Shown here piece by piece: positions 61,620 to 64,000 of a stretch of 64,000 nucleotides of DNA. The position numbers and the translations under genes are program-made. The stretch is from positions 5,466-69,465 of the forward strand of contig DATDGG010000191.1 in NCBI GenBank assembly GCA_036522235.1. The letters are read 5' to 3'. This DNA is from Xanthobacteraceae bacterium. Its GTDB lineage: Bacteria; Pseudomonadota; Alphaproteobacteria; Rhizobiales; Xanthobacteraceae. How positions within the stretch are numbered: the first letter of the stretch is position 1; every line of letters begins with the position of its first letter. Below the pieces are notes generated by a model that saw only the letters and a list, made by a program, of their open reading frames with translations, was not told the DNA's origin and ran no database searches.

Positions 61620-62438
61620 ATGCTTCGTCAAATGATTGCAGTGAAAATGCTGTCAGCGGGTCTTGGACTCGCCAGCGCCTGTATCGCGGCCCAGGCGCAG
61701 ACGATCACGGCGACAGATTCGAACGAGAGCAGAATTGAGGATATCATCACCGCCAGTCACATTCTCGCCAATGAGGGCATACTCGACAGTTTCGGGCATG
61801 TGACGGTGCGTTCCGCAACCGACCCTAGCCACTTCTTCATGCCGAGGGCGATGCCCCCCGCGCTTGTGTCACGGGCCGATATTGTCGAGCTGGACCTCGA
61901 TTGTAAGCCGGTGATGCCGAACGCGCCGCGGCTGAACGGCGAACGCTACATCCACTGCGAGGTCTATAAGGCGCGCGCGGATGTCCAATCCGTCATTCAT
62001 ACGCATGACCTGGCGGTGATCCCCTTCGGCCTGACGGGCACGCCACTGCGGCCGGTGATCGCTCAGGCCGGCTTCTTGCCCAAAGAGACCCCGCTGTTCG
62101 AAGTTCGTGAGACGTATGGCTCGGCCACCGAACGCGGGATGCTGGTCCTCAATTCGGCGCTCGGAAAAGCATTGTCCGCGAAGCTGGCGAATAATCCGAT
62201 CGTGCTGATGCGGGGGCATGGCGAGACGGTTGTCGGGCGCTCGGCAAAAGAGGCCACTGTCCGCACGCTGTACACCAATATCGACGCTCGCGCCCAAGCT
62301 GCCGCGATGACGCTGAGTTCCAAATTTGTCGTCCTGGACGATGCCGAGCTGGCAGCCGTCGACAAGGAAGAGAGGCCCGATCGGCCATGGGAAAACTACA
62401 AACAGCGCATGTTGAAAGCGCAAGGGACGTTGCGTTGA
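61620..62438 (+). CDS. Class II aldolase/adducin-domain protein with Sec-type signal peptide (copy 2)
   Basis: MLRQMIAVKMLSAGLGLASACIAAQA|QT. The mature part is about 90 percent identical to the protein encoded at 51043-51864. Confidence 0.88.
   Translation: MLRQMIAVKMLSAGLGLASACIAAQAQTITATDSNESRIEDIITASHILANEGILDSFGHVTVRSATDPSHFFMPRAMPPALVSRADIVELDLDCKPVMPNAPRLNGERYIHCEVYKARADVQSVIHTHDLAVIPFGLTGTPLRPVIAQAGFLPKETPLFEVRETYGSATERGMLVLNSALGKALSAKLANNPIVLMRGHGETVVGRSAKEATVRTLYTNIDARAQAAAMTLSSKFVVLDDAELAAVDKEERPDRPWENYKQRMLKAQGTLR
61716..62438 (+). repeat. Inverted duplication, arm 2
   Basis: Aligns with the reverse complement of 51043-51768. Confidence 0.85.
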
Positions 62439-62636
62439 ACGCAACCTGAGGGGAGGAGCTCATGTTTGATCGAACCTTCTTCTACGCATCGGTCTGGGCG
62501 TGCGGACTGCCCCGTGGTCGAATAATTGTCTTACGATTACTCGGCAGCCAACTGTCGTTTGCCCGATGTTGCGGGCAAAAATGACGTACCGTCGGGCCCA
62601 CGGCGGCCAGATTTTGCTTATTGTAAGACAATCGTA

Positions 62637-62665
62637 TTGACGGCAGCACGGCATTGCCAGATAAT
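62637..62665 (+). promoter_or_regulatory. Candidate sigma70-type promoter of the VOC-GlcG-GntR unit
   Basis: TTGACG-N17-GATAAT about 50 nt upstream of the ATG at 62714. Flanked by ATTGTAAGACAAT (62620-62632). Confidence 0.5.
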
Positions 62666-62713
62666 CGCGGCCTTAAATCCCGCGTCAAAAACCTGCGCCA
62701 GGAGGAGACGTCA

Positions 62714-63151
62714 ATGGCAGGCAAGCTTCGGCATCTGGGGATCGCGAGCTCGGATCCGTGGAAGACGGCCGACTTCTACGTCAAGGCTTTCGGCATGCGC
62801 AAAATCGGCGAAATCAATCCGAATCATGTCGGCGCGGCCGGCGTGTATCTGACCGACGGCGTGATGAACATCACGATCATCAAGTTCAAGACGGACGAAT
62901 ACGCCGGTGAGGATTTCGGCAAGGATTTCACCGGACTGCACCACATCGGCTTTGAAGTCGAGGATCACGAAAACGCACGCGCCACGATCGAGGGCGCGGG
63001 CGGCAAATACATGTGGGATGGGGGCCTCGATCACAAGAAATATCGCGACGTCGACAATCTGATCTTCGAAGTGACGGCCGAGGGATTCGCTACCGAACCG
63101 AGCAAGGCCGCCGCTGTCAACACGGGCGGCGCACCGAAAGCAAAGGGCTGA
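62714..63151 (+). CDS. VOC-family (glyoxalase/bleomycin-resistance/dioxygenase) protein
   Basis: AGGAGGAG SD. LRHLGIASSDPWKTADFY...GLHHIGFEVED pattern. Confidence 0.85.
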   Translation: MAGKLRHLGIASSDPWKTADFYVKAFGMRKIGEINPNHVGAAGVYLTDGVMNITIIKFKTDEYAGEDFGKDFTGLHHIGFEVEDHENARATIEGAGGKYMWDGGLDHKKYRDVDNLIFEVTAEGFATEPSKAAAVNTGGAPKAKG

Positions 63152-63227
63152 CGCGTCGGAGGAGGCGGAGCCATGCACATGGTCGAGCTTCTGGCCGCAT
63201 GGAACAAAGAGAGTATCGAAAGAAGAC

Positions 63228-63656
63228 ATGGATCTGGTAACCGCCAACAGGATCATCGAGACCGCCATCCACGTCGCGCGCCGTGAAGGTCATTTGCCGC
63301 TCACGGTCTGCGTGGTCGATAGCGGGGGCCACATGGTCGCGGCGCAGCGCGAAGACAACAGCAGCACGTTCCGCTTCGAAATTGCTTTCGGCAAAGCTTG
63401 GACCTGCATTGCGCTCGGCCACTCAACCCATTTCGTGGAGAAGACCATGACAAAGAACCGGCCCCACTTCGTCGGTTCTCTTGCCGCGGCCTCGGGCGGG
63501 AAATTCATTCCAGCCTTGGGCGGCGTGCTCATCCGCGATCGCGAAACGGGCAAGATCGTCGGGGCACTCGGCGTCACCGGCGATTCCGGCGAGAACGATG
63601 AGAAGGTGGCCGTCGAGGCCATCGAGCATTGCGGGTTCAGGGCCGATCTGAGCTAG
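63228..63656 (+). CDS. GlcG/HbpS-like (DUF336) protein, second and divergent copy
   Basis: LTVCVVDSGGHMVAAQRED...AFGKAWT...GGVLI...GALGVTGDSGENDE. Confidence 0.85.
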   Translation: MDLVTANRIIETAIHVARREGHLPLTVCVVDSGGHMVAAQREDNSSTFRFEIAFGKAWTCIALGHSTHFVEKTMTKNRPHFVGSLAAASGGKFIPALGGVLIRDRETGKIVGALGVTGDSGENDEKVAVEAIEHCGFRADLS

Positions 63657-63668
63657 TGGGAGAACGAC

Positions 63669-64000
63669 ATGGCTACCGGAAGCGAGCTGCAAAAACGCCA
63701 TGCAACGCGCGCTCAGCGTACGCGTATTCAGCCGCCGCCGTCGAAGCTGCCGCGTGCGGGCGACAGATCTGCCCCCGCGCCGCGCGACCCTACGCCGGTC
63801 AGAGCTCAGCTTGCCCAGACGTTGCGTGCTCTGGTCACGGATGGCGTCTACAAAGCCGGTGATCGCATGACCGAGCGCGAGCTGTGCGAACGGCTCGGCG
63901 TGAGCCGGCCGTCGTTGCGCGAGGCGTTACGTCAGCTCGAGGCCGAGGGCCTCGTCGACATTCTTCCCAACCGCGGCCCGGTTGTGAGGATGGTGACGCT
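63669..64000 (+). CDS. GntR-family (FadR-type) transcriptional regulator, 3' end beyond the window
   Basis: Hand translation: MATGSELQKRH...LAQTLRALVTDGVYKAGDRMTERELCERLGVSRPSLREALRQLEAEGLVDILPNRGPVV, a winged HTH. Not in the ORF track because there is no stop in the window. Confidence 0.88.
   Translation, partial: MATGSELQKRHATRAQRTRIQPPPSKLPRAGDRSAPAPRDPTPVRAQLAQTLRALVTDGVYKAGDRMTERELCERLGVSRPSLREALRQLEAEGLVDILPNRGPVVRMVT

Overview
GC-rich alphaproteobacterial-type chromosome segment, probably from a Hyphomicrobiales-like methylotroph (inference from gene content only). I see four blocks. (1) 1-10816: a complete 12-gene type II secretion operon, gspE(partial)-F-G-H-I-J-K-L-M-C/N-like-D-O. 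(2) 10837-12901: glutathione-dependent formaldehyde dehydrogenase, a hotdog thioesterase and tRNA-Arg(TCG), followed by an AT-richer seam carrying an AraC regulator, a secreted protein and a Tat-signal MBL hydrolase. (3) about 16.7-48.3 kb: a compact C1 (methylotrophy) block. It holds fae, mtdB, mch, fhcBADC and roughly a dozen archaeal-like H4MPT/methanofuran cofactor genes, including a three-domain MfnB-FolB-kinase fusion. These wrap around xoxF-xoxG-xoxJ (lanthanide-type methanol dehydrogenase) and a convergent Ped/Lut-like ABC transporter plus beta-propeller operon. (4) 49.2-64 kb: a long minus-strand catabolic array (TctCBA, lyase, MarR, aldehyde dehydrogenase, CoA ligase, MaoC, HCHL-like hydratase-lyase). 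It is bracketed by an inverted, near-identical pair of signal-peptide-bearing class II aldolase genes, then VOC-GlcG-GntR. There is no CRISPR, transposase, integrase or rRNA. The most unusual signal is a pair of about 180-nt untranslated elements upstream of xoxF and of an outer-membrane beta-barrel gene. They share nearly identical junction sequences and compensated helices, which suggests a candidate three-way-junction regulatory RNA that I cannot assign to a known family. Start codons were chosen by hand from the ORF track using SD spacing, stop/start coupling and signal peptides. They are less certain than stops. All family calls rest on motif recognition, not on database searches.
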